From contig JAJZRB010000003.1 in the NCBI GenBank assembly GCA_021806615.1, positions 2,766-66,765 of the forward strand: a DNA stretch of 64,000 bases, in the 5' to 3' direction. Shown one piece after another: positions 9,465 to 19,251 of the stretch; within the stretch, counting starts at the first letter, position 1; every line of letters starts with the position of its first letter. A model generated the notes under the pieces. That model made no database searches. It was given only the letters and a program-made list of their open reading frames with translations, and was not told where the DNA came from. The translations under genes were made by a program, and so were the position numbers. Source of the stretch: a bacterium. Its GTDB lineage: Bacteria > Patescibacteriota > Patescibacteriia > Patescibacteriales > UBA12465.

Positions 9465-10529
9465 TCAAGCTAATCTCCTTAAGCGTCTCAGGAAATTATA
9501 AAGATTATACAAGAAGGGGCGGAAGACGGCATCATAAGTACCGGGGTAGATTACGCGCCTACCGCCGAAGCCCAGCTTAAAACGCGTCACGCCCGGCCAT
9601 TTTTTCTCGTCCAGGCCGTAAAAATCATAATAACGGCGGCCCGCTTCCCGCGCTTCTTTGATCGCCGACCATTGGAGAAGATAAGGAGCCATCACGTTGC
9701 GGTATTCATTGTCCGAGGCGCCGTGGAGATAAGTCGCCTTATCGCCCCAAGAGCAGAATAAACCGGCGGCGATATTCTTCCCTTCGTATCGCGCTAGGAA
9801 TAACCTGATAAAATTATCCGGGGCTTGGAGCATCTTCTCGTAGTGGCGCGCTTCGTGGATCCGGAAATTATCCCGTTCGCCAGTCAGGCGCATCAAGCGC
9901 CAGAATTCGGAAAAATCCGCCGACGTCGCGGCTATTACTCTGACGCCTTTCTTTTCGGCTAAGCGGATATTATAACGCGTCTTCGGCTGCATGGCTTTTA
10001 ATAGCGCGTCTTCGCTTTTATCAAGATCTAACAATAGGGTCTGCGCCGGCTGCAAATCTATAGTTTTTTTAAAAGCCGGGCCTTCTATTTTCTCGCGCGG
10101 CTCCAGGCGGCAGAAAAGCGCCCGGCCGCGAAATCGGCTTATTTCGGAAAATAAGAAATCATTCAGCTCCCGTTGAGCCTGGCCGTTTTTTCCTGCTTGG
10201 CTCGGACTGAAAATCGGTCCGCGCGGCGCGTACCAATAAAAATAAGAAAAAAAGATCTTTTTCTTGACCAAGGTCGCCGCGGCCAGGATCCGTCCGTTAT
10301 TAGCGCCTCCGCCGCTAGTCTTCCCGCCCTTCTCCCCCTCTTCTCTCACGCCGACACGATAGATCTCTTCCCCTTCGGATCGCAAGATCTCTCCCCATTC
10401 CCATGATTGAAGATATTCCGCTCCGCTATTTAGGCTCGAGATAGCGCCCGACAGCGGATAACTAGCCGCTGGCCGCACGAAGTCGTCCCAGTCTTTTTTG
10501 TCCGTGAAATCAAATAATTCCATAATCAT
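9465..10529 (-). CDS. FemAB-family peptidoglycan interpeptide-bridge peptidyltransferase
   Basis: YLQSWEWGE, APRGPI and YLHGASDNEYRNVMAPYLLQW segments typical of the FemAB/MurM family; 354 aa. Confidence 0.75.
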   Translation of the reverse strand: MIMELFDFTDKKDWDDFVRPAASYPLSGAISSLNSGAEYLQSWEWGEILRSEGEEIYRVGVREEGEKGGKTSGGGANNGRILAAATLVKKKIFFSYFYWYAPRGPIFSPSQAGKNGQAQRELNDFLFSEISRFRGRALFCRLEPREKIEGPAFKKTIDLQPAQTLLLDLDKSEDALLKAMQPKTRYNIRLAEKKGVRVIAATSADFSEFWRLMRLTGERDNFRIHEARHYEKMLQAPDNFIRLFLARYEGKNIAAGLFCSWGDKATYLHGASDNEYRNVMAPYLLQWSAIKEAREAGRRYYDFYGLDEKKWPGVTRFKLGFGGRRVIYPGTYDAVFRPFLYNLYNFLRRLRRLA

Positions 10530-10585
10530 TATCCTAGCTCTGATTTTATGATTATAACAGAAAAAACTGAAAGCGAAAAACCAAA

Positions 10586-10620
10586 ATAAAAAACCCTGCC
10601 GCTGGAGTAGCGGTCAGGGT
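10586..10620 (-). terminator. Rho-independent terminator downstream of the major pilin gene
   Basis: Stem CCCTGCCGCT / AGCGGTCAGGG (10594-10619) with an A-run on the plus strand, giving a T-run on the minus strand after the hairpin. Confidence 0.6.
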
Positions 10621-10642
10621 TCTTAAGATGCCAAGGATGATT

Positions 10643-11086
10643 TTAGTAAATACCGGCCGGAGTGGCTGTTTGTAAAGCGTCGCCCGGGATGTTATTGACG
10701 CCTGCACCCAAGCAATAATTGATCGTGTAAGTGCCCCCTGCTCCGGTAGACGCCGTATAGACGTAGGTATAGTTAGGCTGCAAGGCCGGACAGGACGCAC
10801 CGTCAACCGGGGTCGGAGGGGTCGGTATCGCTCGGATATAAGTTCCGTTAGCGCTGTAAATAGGCGAACCGGCGACGACAGAAGCTGTCACCGGATAATT
10901 GCCGGTGTCATTATAATACATTTCCAGAGCAGTCTGGATCTGCTTGACGTCGGCTACGCGTTTTGCGTCGCGCGCCCGCGCTCTCGCTGAGTTCAAGGCT
11001 AGAATAGATAGAGTTGATAATAAGCCGATAATGGCTACGACGACAAGCAACTCGATCAAAGTGAAGCCCGATTTATTTTTTTGCAT
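10643..11086 (-). CDS. Type IV major pilin
   Basis: MQKNKSGFTLIELLVVVAIIGLLS prepilin leader/methylation motif, about 147 aa, own terminator. Start set at ATG complement 11084-11086. Confidence 0.85.
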   Translation of the reverse strand: MQKNKSGFTLIELLVVVAIIGLLSTLSILALNSARARARDAKRVADVKQIQTALEMYYNDTGNYPVTASVVAGSPIYSANGTYIRAIPTPPTPVDGASCPALQPNYTYVYTASTGAGGTYTINYCLGAGVNNIPGDALQTATPAGIY

Positions 11087-11232
11087 AGTCACCTCCCCTC
11101 TCAACTACGGAACGAATTTCAGGTCGCATCCGTAAATTGAAAATAGTTTAATAAAAAATATATAAATAAAAAAATATCTCTCGTTAATAGTATACCATTA
11201 TTCATTTTAGGGCGCAATAGTCGCAGCCCCTT

Positions 11233-12450
11233 TTAGAACTGGCTAGCCAGATTATACATCGGGAGCAGGACCGCGGCGACCATCACGCCGACGCCGAGAC
11301 CCATGATGACCATGATGACCGGCTCCATCAGCTTGCTGAGATTCTCTAACATATTGCTGCTCTCGCGCGAATAAAAACCGGTTATTCTATCCAGGACCGA
11401 ATCTATCTTTCCGGTCTTCTCGCCGACCGCGATCATCTGCGGCACCATTTTCGGTACGTAATTACTGGCTTCAAAGACAGTGGAAAACGGGTTGCCGTCA
11501 TTGATGGAATCCAAAGTGTCAAGGATAAGTTCGCGATAAATAGTATTTCCGACCACGTCCGCTACGATCTCCAGGCTGCGCGTGATCGTGACGCCGCCTT
11601 TCAGGAGCGTGGATAAGGAACGGGAAAAACGCATCAGATAAATATACTGGAACAGGATGCCGAAAATCGGCAGCCGCAATTTCAAGATATCTAGTTGGCG
11701 CTTGCCGTTATAAGTCTTCAGGTACAGGCGCAGGAGGATGGCTAGAATGACGAGGACGATGACGATAAGAATCGCGTAATTCCTTAGGAAGTCCGAGGTG
11801 CCGATGACTATCCGCGTGGAAAGCGGCAGGGTCGCTCCGGTCTCGGTCAGGATAGAAGTCAGATTAGGGATGACATAGACCATCAAGATGATGCCGACGC
11901 CGAATAAGGACGTGATGATGAACATCGGATAGATCATCGCGCCGCGGATCTTGGAATTCATGTCGTAGCTCTTCTCCATCTCGTCCGCCAGATAGCTCAG
12001 GACTTCGTCCAATTTTCCGGAGGTTTCTCCGGAGCGGATGATATTCACGAAAAATTCCGAGAAGACCTTCGGGTATTTGGCGAGCGCGTCGGATAGGAAG
12101 GCGCCGGCATTGACATCATAGGCTACGTCGGAAATCAGGTTTTTCAAAGACAGGTTGTCGGTCTGGTCAACCAGGATGAGCAGCGATTCCACGACCGGGA
12201 CGTTCGCCGAGATCATGACGGAAAACTGCCGGGCGAAAATGACGAGATCCTTGGATTTGATGGGCGCGATCAGGCGGGAAAAACGGCTGAGCGGGCTTTG
12301 CGTCACATCTTCCAGACTCAGGACGTTCAATTCCTTCTTATGCAATTTCAAAACCACTTCGCTTTCGGACAAGCCGACGACGTTACCGCTCTTTTTTTTG
12401 CCGTTCGCGTCTTCCGCGTGGTATTTGAAAATAGGCATATTAGCTTTCAA
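11233..12450 (-). CDS. pilC: Type IV pilus platform protein PilC (GspF family)
   Basis: 405 aa with two GspF-like repeats and three TM segments. Immediately downstream of pilB. Confidence 0.9.
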   Translation of the reverse strand: MKANMPIFKYHAEDANGKKKSGNVVGLSESEVVLKLHKKELNVLSLEDVTQSPLSRFSRLIAPIKSKDLVIFARQFSVMISANVPVVESLLILVDQTDNLSLKNLISDVAYDVNAGAFLSDALAKYPKVFSEFFVNIIRSGETSGKLDEVLSYLADEMEKSYDMNSKIRGAMIYPMFIITSLFGVGIILMVYVIPNLTSILTETGATLPLSTRIVIGTSDFLRNYAILIVIVLVILAILLRLYLKTYNGKRQLDILKLRLPIFGILFQYIYLMRFSRSLSTLLKGGVTITRSLEIVADVVGNTIYRELILDTLDSINDGNPFSTVFEASNYVPKMVPQMIAVGEKTGKIDSVLDRITGFYSRESSNMLENLSKLMEPVIMVIMGLGVGVMVAAVLLPMYNLASQF

Positions 12451-14197
12451 TGACCCTTAATACCTCCTCAATCGTCGTCTGCCCCTGCAAGACTTTTATT
12501 ATCCCGTCCTGCTTGATAGAACAGAAGTCTTCGATCTTCTTAACCATCTCAATATTTAAATTCTTATCGCCGCTATCGATTATTTCCCGCAATTTATCGT
12601 CTATTTCGATAACCTCAGCTATGGCGACCCGGCCCAGATAGCCGGTATTTTCACAGTGGGCGCAACCGACAGCCTTATATACTTTATGGTTGGCGGTTGG
12701 GTTATCCAGCGAAGCCAGGTCCGGGAGTTCCTCCTTGATGACCGCTTCGGGCGTATTTTTTAGTTCCGCGGTTATTTCTGAAAGCGCTTCTGCCGTCAGC
12801 GTCGTTTCCTGCTTGCAATTCTCGCAGAGGCGGCGCGCTAAGCGCTGGGCGACCAGGGTTTTCAAGGTAGAAGAAAGCAGGAAGCGCTCTATCTTCATAT
12901 CTAATAAACGGAAGACGGCGCCTAAAGCGTCGTTAGTATGCAAGGTGGAAAGGACCAAGTGTCCGGTCAGGGCGGCATTGATGGAAAGTTCAGCCGTTTC
13001 TTCATCGCGGATTTCGCCGACCATGATGATATTCGGATCCTGGCGCAATAGAGAACGCAAGCCGTTCGCGAAAGAAAAGCCGATTTTCGGCCGGACCTGC
13101 GACTGGTTTATGCCTTTTATCTCGTATTCAATCGGGTCTTCCAAGGTAGAAATATTCACTCCTTCCTTATTGAGCATGGTGAGAAGAGCGTACAGAGTCG
13201 TGGTTTTACCGGATCCGGTCGGACCGGTAACCAGGAAGATCCCGCTCGTCTTGGCAATGCCGCTCGCGATGCGGCGCAGAGCCAATTTATTGAAGCCTAA
13301 TTCCACGAGGCCGGGCGCCCCTTTGGAAACGTCCAGGATTCTCATGACGACTTTCTCATTATTGGCGAGCGGCAGAGTGGAGACGCGGAAATCTATTTCC
13401 TGCGCGTTGACGACTAGCCGGATACGGCCGTCCTGCGGCACGCGCGTTTCATCCAGCTTTAATTTCGCGAGCACTTTGATGCGGGCGATGATCGCTTTAT
13501 GGATGCTCTTCGGAAGAGTCAAGGAAGTGTGCAGGATGCCGTCAATGCGGTAACGGACGCGGCTCTCCTGAGCGTAAGGCTCGATATGGATATCGGAAGC
13601 GCGCGCTTCTACCGCGTGGCGTATGATGACGGAAACGATGCGGGAAACCGGCGCGCTGTTTATTTCTTCGCTATTCAGATCTTCCGTCTCTGTCTTGACG
13701 ACCGTGAGCTCTTCCCCTTCCTCCTTAGCTTTGACCTCTAAGGCGCTCGAGACTTCTTCTTCTATCTTCTGGTATTGCTTGAAGATCTTCTGCCAGCTGG
13801 TCGCGGAAATCAAGAAATATTGCGCTTGGAGCTTTTCATCCGCCGCCAGGAAATTCACGGCTTCCATCGCTTTCAGGTTCGGCTCTACCAAGCCGACTTT
13901 CAGCATCTTGTTATCCCTCCCGAAGCAGACGATCTTATAAGTCTTGGCGATTTCTTCCGGCAAAAAAGTCAGTATCGCTTCCGGCACGTCCGTATCGGTC
14001 AGATTCATATAAGATAAGCTGGCCAAAGAAGCTTTGAGCTCGGTCAGCTTTTCTTCGTCTATTATCTTCTGGCTTAATAGATAAGCGCTCAGGTCTTCCT
14101 TGTTCTTTAAGACGGCCTTCTTTATTTCCTCCGCTCGCGGGGCGTCAATAATCTGCTTGGCTACCAATAAGCCTAATAGTTGTTCATTCTTTTCCAT
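12440..14197 (-). CDS. pilB: Type IV pilus assembly ATPase PilB (GspE family)
   Basis: Walker A GPTGSGKTTT, Asp box, His box and a C-terminal tetracysteine CENC...CAHC; 585 aa. Confidence 0.9.
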   Translation of the reverse strand: MEKNEQLLGLLVAKQIIDAPRAEEIKKAVLKNKEDLSAYLLSQKIIDEEKLTELKASLASLSYMNLTDTDVPEAILTFLPEEIAKTYKIVCFGRDNKMLKVGLVEPNLKAMEAVNFLAADEKLQAQYFLISATSWQKIFKQYQKIEEEVSSALEVKAKEEGEELTVVKTETEDLNSEEINSAPVSRIVSVIIRHAVEARASDIHIEPYAQESRVRYRIDGILHTSLTLPKSIHKAIIARIKVLAKLKLDETRVPQDGRIRLVVNAQEIDFRVSTLPLANNEKVVMRILDVSKGAPGLVELGFNKLALRRIASGIAKTSGIFLVTGPTGSGKTTTLYALLTMLNKEGVNISTLEDPIEYEIKGINQSQVRPKIGFSFANGLRSLLRQDPNIIMVGEIRDEETAELSINAALTGHLVLSTLHTNDALGAVFRLLDMKIERFLLSSTLKTLVAQRLARRLCENCKQETTLTAEALSEITAELKNTPEAVIKEELPDLASLDNPTANHKVYKAVGCAHCENTGYLGRVAIAEVIEIDDKLREIIDSGDKNLNIEMVKKIEDFCSIKQDGIIKVLQGQTTIEEVLRVIES

Positions 14198-14200
14198 AGG

Positions 14201-14614
14201 CTATTTCGTCTTAACAATAAAAGGCAGATCATTGCCTTGTCGGCAATTGAAAGAGGCCGGCGCGGCCGGCGTTGAAGTCGCTTCCGTTCCCGTCGCCGCT
14301 ATCGCCGCGACGTTTTCCGGCGCCAGGACCGCCAGGTTATTGCGCGCCGTATCCGGCCGGAAACAGATATTATCGAAATCAAAATTGACGACGTAATTGA
14401 CCAGGGTCGTGAAAGGCTTAGTCTTTAGGATATCGGCGTCTATAGTATCGCGCGCCGCTAAAGTGATGGTCGTCGTCGCAAGTGGATTAGCCAGATCCAT
14501 CTGGTCCTTGAAATAAGAAAAAAGCTGGACGCGGAACAAGAATAATAAGAAAGCGGCCAGGAGCACGAGAGCGACCAGGGAGACTAAGACGATATTGTAG
14601 CTTTGTTTCATCAT
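14201..14614 (-). CDS. Membrane-anchored hypothetical protein of the pilus assembly operon
   Basis: Single N-terminal TM (IVLVSLVALVLLAAFLLFLF). Tightly packed between the pilO-like gene and pilB. Confidence 0.45.
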   Translation of the reverse strand: MMKQSYNIVLVSLVALVLLAAFLLFLFRVQLFSYFKDQMDLANPLATTTITLAARDTIDADILKTKPFTTLVNYVVNFDFDNICFRPDTARNNLAVLAPENVAAIAATGTEATSTPAAPASFNCRQGNDLPFIVKTK

Positions 14615-14615
14615 A

Positions 14616-15251
14616 TTATCGCAGAGCTTGATAATAGTAAGTGCTCAGATCCAGCTGCGCCGTAGCCGAAGAGGGGGAAAAATTGACGCGGGTGATATCG
14701 AAAAGACGCAGATTATTTTCAAATATTCTCAATAGGTTCTTAAAACCAGGGTAATCTATAGCCGCGACCGTGAGCTGCAAGTGATATTGGCCGAGGCGCG
14801 GATCCGACGGCGTCGTCGTGGCTGTTCCGAACGCGTTAGCGGCGCCGGCCGCTTTATTAGTGTTATCCTCAGGAGGGATTATCTTGAATTCCTTGACTAG
14901 CCACCCGCCCTGGGTAACCATCTCTTCTATTTCTCCGAACAGTCTTTCCGGGACGTAATCATCAGGCAGGACGCCGTTGAAGCGCTGCATATCGGAAGGA
15001 TTTATCTTCTGATAGACAGCGTTGATCGCCTGGTAGCTGGCTTTCTTTTTCAAACTGCTTAGGTATAGCCCTCGCTCGCTGTCTAGGTTAGCGCGGATGG
15101 CGTCCTGAGTGGCGGCGAATTTCGGCTCTAAGACGATAAAATAAGCCAAGGCCAGGAATAAAAGCAGGCTGGCGGCGATAATCGCCCGAAAGTATTCATT
15201 CAGGAAGATGTTCAGGGCGTTCTTGCTTTTTTGGCGGCGGTTATTAGCCAT
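14616..15251 (-). CDS. PilO-like pilus assembly protein
   Basis: Single TM after a basic N-terminus; positioned after the pilM and pilN-like genes. Confidence 0.5.
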   Translation of the reverse strand: MANNRRQKSKNALNIFLNEYFRAIIAASLLLFLALAYFIVLEPKFAATQDAIRANLDSERGLYLSSLKKKASYQAINAVYQKINPSDMQRFNGVLPDDYVPERLFGEIEEMVTQGGWLVKEFKIIPPEDNTNKAAGAANAFGTATTTPSDPRLGQYHLQLTVAAIDYPGFKNLLRIFENNLRLFDITRVNFSPSSATAQLDLSTYYYQALR

Positions 15252-15253
15252 AA

Positions 15254-15895
15254 TTATTTCTTAAAGATTTCCGGCTTTACTTTCAAGACCAGCTGGAAAT
15301 TTACTTTGCCGGGCTTGGTCTCGTCATCGCTCGCGGACTCGGCCTTAAGTACTTCCACTTTTTCCGTAAGCGGATCTTTAGTCAGGGCTTTGACTTGCCA
15401 AGAAATATCGGCGTAAGTCTGAGCCGTCGCTTCTAAAGTATAGGAGCCGTCCAGATTGCCGGAGAATTCTTGATATTTGACGGAGCTTAAGGTATTTTTC
15501 TCCAACCAGTTGAAAAAATTGCTCCAATAGATATGATTGTCCAAAAGATTGCTGAAGACAGCCGACTTGTCTTTATAGGCTAAGGCCGGACTGATGCTGT
15601 TCTTCAATTTGCTGACTTCGGCGTTAGTGGTATTGACTTGGGTCTCTATCGCCTGGGTCTGCTGGGCTTCCTGCGCCTCCCACTGGTCTAAGCCGAAATA
15701 TATTTCCGTGACGAAAAGGACGGCTAAGATCAGAACGAGGGCGAGAACCGAAAGATTCTGGCGCCAATCGAAAGATATCGCGACTTCGTCTTTGACCAGA
15801 TTCACTTCCAGAATCTTCGGATTCTGCAAGAACCCGCCGCCTTCCTCTTTCTTATTGTTTTTTTTCTTCAGTGAAAACATGGATTTTTTATTCAA
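15254..15895 (-). CDS. PilN-like pilus assembly protein
   Basis: Single TM LSVLALVLILAVLFVTEIYF. Start overlaps the pilM stop, which is the typical pilMN arrangement. Confidence 0.55.
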   Translation of the reverse strand: MNKKSMFSLKKKNNKKEEGGGFLQNPKILEVNLVKDEVAISFDWRQNLSVLALVLILAVLFVTEIYFGLDQWEAQEAQQTQAIETQVNTTNAEVSKLKNSISPALAYKDKSAVFSNLLDNHIYWSNFFNWLEKNTLSSVKYQEFSGNLDGSYTLEATAQTYADISWQVKALTKDPLTEKVEVLKAESASDDETKPGKVNFQLVLKVKPEIFKK

Positions 15896-16937
15896 TTTCC
15901 CGCATCGCCAAACCGATAGCGACGGCGAGGCGCGGCCCGACTTCGCTTAGGACCGGCTTCAATTCTGCCGGATAGCGGACGCGGTTCCACGGATCGCCAA
16001 CAATGACCTTCGTATTCAAGCGCTTAGTCAGGTATTCGCTAAGGTTCAGTAGCAAGGAGCCGCCGCCAGACAAGATTATTTTTTCCACTTCGCCGTTATT
16101 CTGCGACCGGAAAAAATCTATCATATATTGGATCTCTGTTACGATCGGTTCCAAAGTCTTGGCTACGAGCTGCGGCAATTCTTCCCCGCTGTCTCCTCCG
16201 AGCGCGACGCTCAAGTCAAATTTGAATTGTTCCGCCTGGACGAAAGGAAGGCCGAGCTTGTCGGCGAGCGCTTTAGTGACCGTGGATCCGCAGACGGCCA
16301 GGCTGCGATTCAAGACCGGGATGCTTTCTTTGACGATAGACAGGTCCGTGCTGTTCGCGCCTATCTCCACGATCATGACCGTTGACTTATCGTTACCCAC
16401 GAGAGAACGGACGAGAGAGAAAGTTTCCGTTTCCAGGCTGGCTAATTCTAATTTCGCCGCTTGGAAGATATCTATATATTTACGAACCAGCTTCTTCGGG
16501 CTGCCGGTCAAGAAAACTTGCAGGTCGCCTTTTCCGATCTTCCCTTTAGCGTCCGAAACTATTTTCCAATCCAGGGTCATCTCTTCCAAGGGAAGCGGGA
16601 TGACTTTTTTTGCCTCTTCATTTATTTCTTCAGCGATCCTTTTCTTGTCCGCGCCATTCACGTTGATGATGGAGGAAAAGACCGCGAAAGTCGGGAGGGA
16701 CGCCGTCACTTTAGTGGCGACAATCCCGGCTTCGGTCTTGACCTTATTTATCGCCCGCGCCAGGTAGTTGACATCGTCGACTTTCATGAAATTGACCTCG
16801 GAAACATTCTCGCTGAAAGCGTAGTTAGAAAGATAAATCTGGCGGTTCTTTTTCTTCAGTTCTACCATTTTCAAAGACGAATCGCCGATATCAACTCCCA
16901 AAAACAGATTGTCCCCGCCGAATGAAAACAAACTCAT
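15888..16937 (-). CDS. pilM: Type IV pilus assembly protein PilM (actin-like ATPase fold)
   Basis: LGVDIGDSSLKMVELKK phosphate-1 motif and ILSGGGSLL; 349 aa. Confidence 0.85.
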   Translation of the reverse strand: MSLFSFGGDNLFLGVDIGDSSLKMVELKKKNRQIYLSNYAFSENVSEVNFMKVDDVNYLARAINKVKTEAGIVATKVTASLPTFAVFSSIINVNGADKKRIAEEINEEAKKVIPLPLEEMTLDWKIVSDAKGKIGKGDLQVFLTGSPKKLVRKYIDIFQAAKLELASLETETFSLVRSLVGNDKSTVMIVEIGANSTDLSIVKESIPVLNRSLAVCGSTVTKALADKLGLPFVQAEQFKFDLSVALGGDSGEELPQLVAKTLEPIVTEIQYMIDFFRSQNNGEVEKIILSGGGSLLLNLSEYLTKRLNTKVIVGDPWNRVRYPAELKPVLSEVGPRLAVAIGLAMREIE

Positions 16938-17046
16938 AAGCTTAGTATAAAATTTTGTCGCTGGTTGGCCAGATTTAAATTGAATTATCTACCGGTTTAA
17001 TATATAATAAATTATACAATATCTAAAAACAATAAACAAGCGCGAT

Positions 17047-18279
17047 ATGAATTTTTTCAGCCGCTATAAAAAAATCTTTTTGATCCTCGGCTTCCTGATC
17101 CTCGTCGCCCTCATCGCTTATCTGCTCTGGTCGCTTTTCTTCAGTCCCAGCCCGACCACGCCGGCCGCCGTCACTCCTTCCGAAACCGGCGGCGGACTGC
17201 CGATAGCCGGACCGGGCGGAGAAATAACCGGCCAAGCGACGACGACTGGCGGACTGCCCGGAACGAGCGGCGCGCCCAGCCCGAATGAACCCAGCCAGGT
17301 GGCCTCGGGAGGCATTACCCAGACTACTCCCCTGACTCCGCGCCCGATAACGAATCCCACCCTGTCTAAAAACGGCGGCGTCCAATACTATAACCCGGGC
17401 GACGGTCTTTTTTACCAGATCGATAAGAATGGAAACGCGGTCGCTCTGAGCGACAAGGTCTTCCATAATGTCCAGAACGTAGTGTGGGCGCCGACCAAGG
17501 ATAAGGCCATCATTGAATATCCGGATGGCAATAAGATCCTCTATAATTTCCAGACGAAACAGCAGGTAACTCTGCCAGCCCACTGGGAAGATTTTTCCTT
17601 CTCGCCGACAAGCGGCCAGATAGTTTCCAAGAGCCTGGGGCTTGATCCGGAAAACCGTTGGCTCATGGTTTCCAGCGATGACGGTTCGCAAGCGAAGACT
17701 CTGGAGAATATCGGCACTAACGATAAGACAGTCTATCCGGCCTGGTCGCCGAACAACCAGATCGTCGCGATGTATACTCAGGGCGTCGACTTCAACCGCC
17801 AGGAAGTCTTCTTCGTCGGCTTGAACGGCGAAAATTTCAAATCAACCATTATTGAGGGCCGCGGCTTTGAGGGACAATGGTCAACGACCGGCGACCGATT
17901 GCTTTATAGCGTTTATAGCACGGATACGAATCTTAACCCCCAGCTATGGATCGTGGACGCGACGGCTGACACTATCGGCCAGGAACGCCGCGGTATCGGC
18001 TTGAGCACTTGGGCCGACAAATGTACTTTCGCGTCCAATACCGAAGTCTATTGCGCCGTACCGGAGAGTTTGGAAAAAGGCGCCGGCATGTTTCCGGAAC
18101 TGGCGGATAAAACTAAGGATAATCTATACCGTATAAATTTAGAAACCGGCGCGAAGGAGCTCATCGCTATTCCGAGCGGCGCTTATAATATCTCCCAGAT
18201 AATGGTCCCCGCGAGCGATAATTATTTATATTTTACCGACAAGAAGACTAACCAGCTATACCAAGTCCGCTTGCGCTAA
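17047..18279 (+). CDS. Membrane-anchored TolB-like beta-propeller (PD40 repeat) protein
   Basis: N-terminal TM, a Pro/Gly/Thr-rich linker, then repeated WSP/FSP-x-G-x-x-I motifs (AWSPNNQIVAMY, FSPTSGQIVSKS). Confidence 0.65.
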   Translation: MNFFSRYKKIFLILGFLILVALIAYLLWSLFFSPSPTTPAAVTPSETGGGLPIAGPGGEITGQATTTGGLPGTSGAPSPNEPSQVASGGITQTTPLTPRPITNPTLSKNGGVQYYNPGDGLFYQIDKNGNAVALSDKVFHNVQNVVWAPTKDKAIIEYPDGNKILYNFQTKQQVTLPAHWEDFSFSPTSGQIVSKSLGLDPENRWLMVSSDDGSQAKTLENIGTNDKTVYPAWSPNNQIVAMYTQGVDFNRQEVFFVGLNGENFKSTIIEGRGFEGQWSTTGDRLLYSVYSTDTNLNPQLWIVDATADTIGQERRGIGLSTWADKCTFASNTEVYCAVPESLEKGAGMFPELADKTKDNLYRINLETGAKELIAIPSGAYNISQIMVPASDNYLYFTDKKTNQLYQVRLR

Positions 18280-18289
18280 CCGTTTCTTA

Positions 18290-18943
18290 ATGTTGAAAAA
18301 ATTCTTGCTAGACCTGCTATTCCCCGTTGAATGTCTCGGCTGCCGCCAGGAGGGCGCCTGGCTTTGCGCCTCCTGCTTCAAGAAATTAAGATTCGGCGCG
18401 CCAGCTTACGCCTCAAGCCTCGCCATGCCCGGCTTAGACAAGATCCTTATGGCCGGCGACTATGACGACCCTTTATTAGCCGAGGCTATTAAAAGATTCA
18501 AATACGATCTGATCATTGATCTCGGCCCTATCTTGGGCCGTTTCTTGACTCTTTTCTGGCAAGGGCAAACCGCGCTTCCGGGAACTCCGGGCCTGATTTC
18601 TCCGCTTATCATCCCCTTGCCTCTTTCCAAAAAACGCTTCCGCTTCCGCGGCTTCAACCAAGCGGAAATCCTGGCGCGAGAATTAAGCGCGGCGCTAGGA
18701 TACCCTCTGAATCGAGACTTGGAGAGAATAAAGCATCAGCCGCCGCAAGCCGGCTTGGATGCTGATGAGCGGCATAAGAATATCCGGGGCGCTTTCGCCT
18801 GGAAAGGAGCCGATCTTCAAGGCCGCGATATCATCCTGCTAGACGATGTCATGACAACCGGCGCCACCCTCAGCGAAGCGGCGCTTATCTTAAAAACAGC
18901 CGGAGCGGGACGGATCTATGGCTTGGTCCTAGCCAAAGGCTGA
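18290..18943 (+). CDS. comF: ComF-family protein (phosphoribosyltransferase domain)
   Basis: N-terminal CxxC...CxxC zinc finger (CLGC, CASC) and PRPP-binding loop ILLDDVMTTGATL. Confidence 0.8.
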   Translation: MLKKFLLDLLFPVECLGCRQEGAWLCASCFKKLRFGAPAYASSLAMPGLDKILMAGDYDDPLLAEAIKRFKYDLIIDLGPILGRFLTLFWQGQTALPGTPGLISPLIIPLPLSKKRFRFRGFNQAEILARELSAALGYPLNRDLERIKHQPPQAGLDADERHKNIRGAFAWKGADLQGRDIILLDDVMTTGATLSEAALILKTAGAGRIYGLVLAKG

Positions 18944-18945
18944 GC

Positions 18946-18973
18946 TGGACAAAGCGCCGCGCCTGTTCTATAA
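18946..18973 (+). promoter_or_regulatory. Candidate sigma70-type promoter of the thrS leader
   Basis: TGGACA (18946-18951), 16-nt spacer, TATAAT (18968-18973). Confidence 0.45.
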
Positions 18974-18979
18974 TGAACT

Positions 18980-19212
18980 TACACTGATTGCCGCGCCTAC
19001 CAAGCGCGGACGGTCCGCAATCCAGCGATTTTATCAGCCGACTGGACCGAGAGTTTCTCCTAAGGTGCCCCAGAATAAGAGAGTTTCCGCCTCTATATAA
19101 AAGAGACGGGAAAAGCCGGGTGGAACCGCGAGACCTAAAGGGCGAAAGCCCGCCTGAGTCCCGTCCTGGCAAGAACAGTTTTTACTGTTTTTGCGAGGAG
19201 GGGACTTTTTTA
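18980..19212 (+). promoter_or_regulatory. T-box riboswitch leader upstream of thrS
   Basis: Conserved T-box sequence GGGTGGAACCGCG at 19118-19130 (consensus GGGUGGUACCGCG). AGAGA-containing stem I candidates at 19050-19100. Followed by a terminator hairpin and a U-run. Confidence 0.7.
19158..19211 (+). terminator. T-box leader intrinsic terminator
   Basis: Arms GTCCCGTCCTGG (19158-19169) and CGAGGAGGGGAC (19194-19205), followed by TTTTTT (19206-19211). Confidence 0.6.
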
Positions 19213-19251
19213 ATGCTCCGCGGATCAATTTTAATTTAAAATAATAATTAA

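Noticed and set aside
12690-13553. 287-aa plus-strand ORF, plus similar long antisense ORFs at 16003..16767, 17023..17691, 20563..21234, 21645..22130, 39887..40465, 46617..47174, 48352..48705, 55533..56075 and 62386..62850
   Set aside because: Each is fully embedded antisense in a gene with strong family motifs (pilB, pilM, TolB-like, thrS, P-type ATPases, arsA and others). Each has low-complexity Ser/Arg/Leu-rich composition typical of shadow ORFs.
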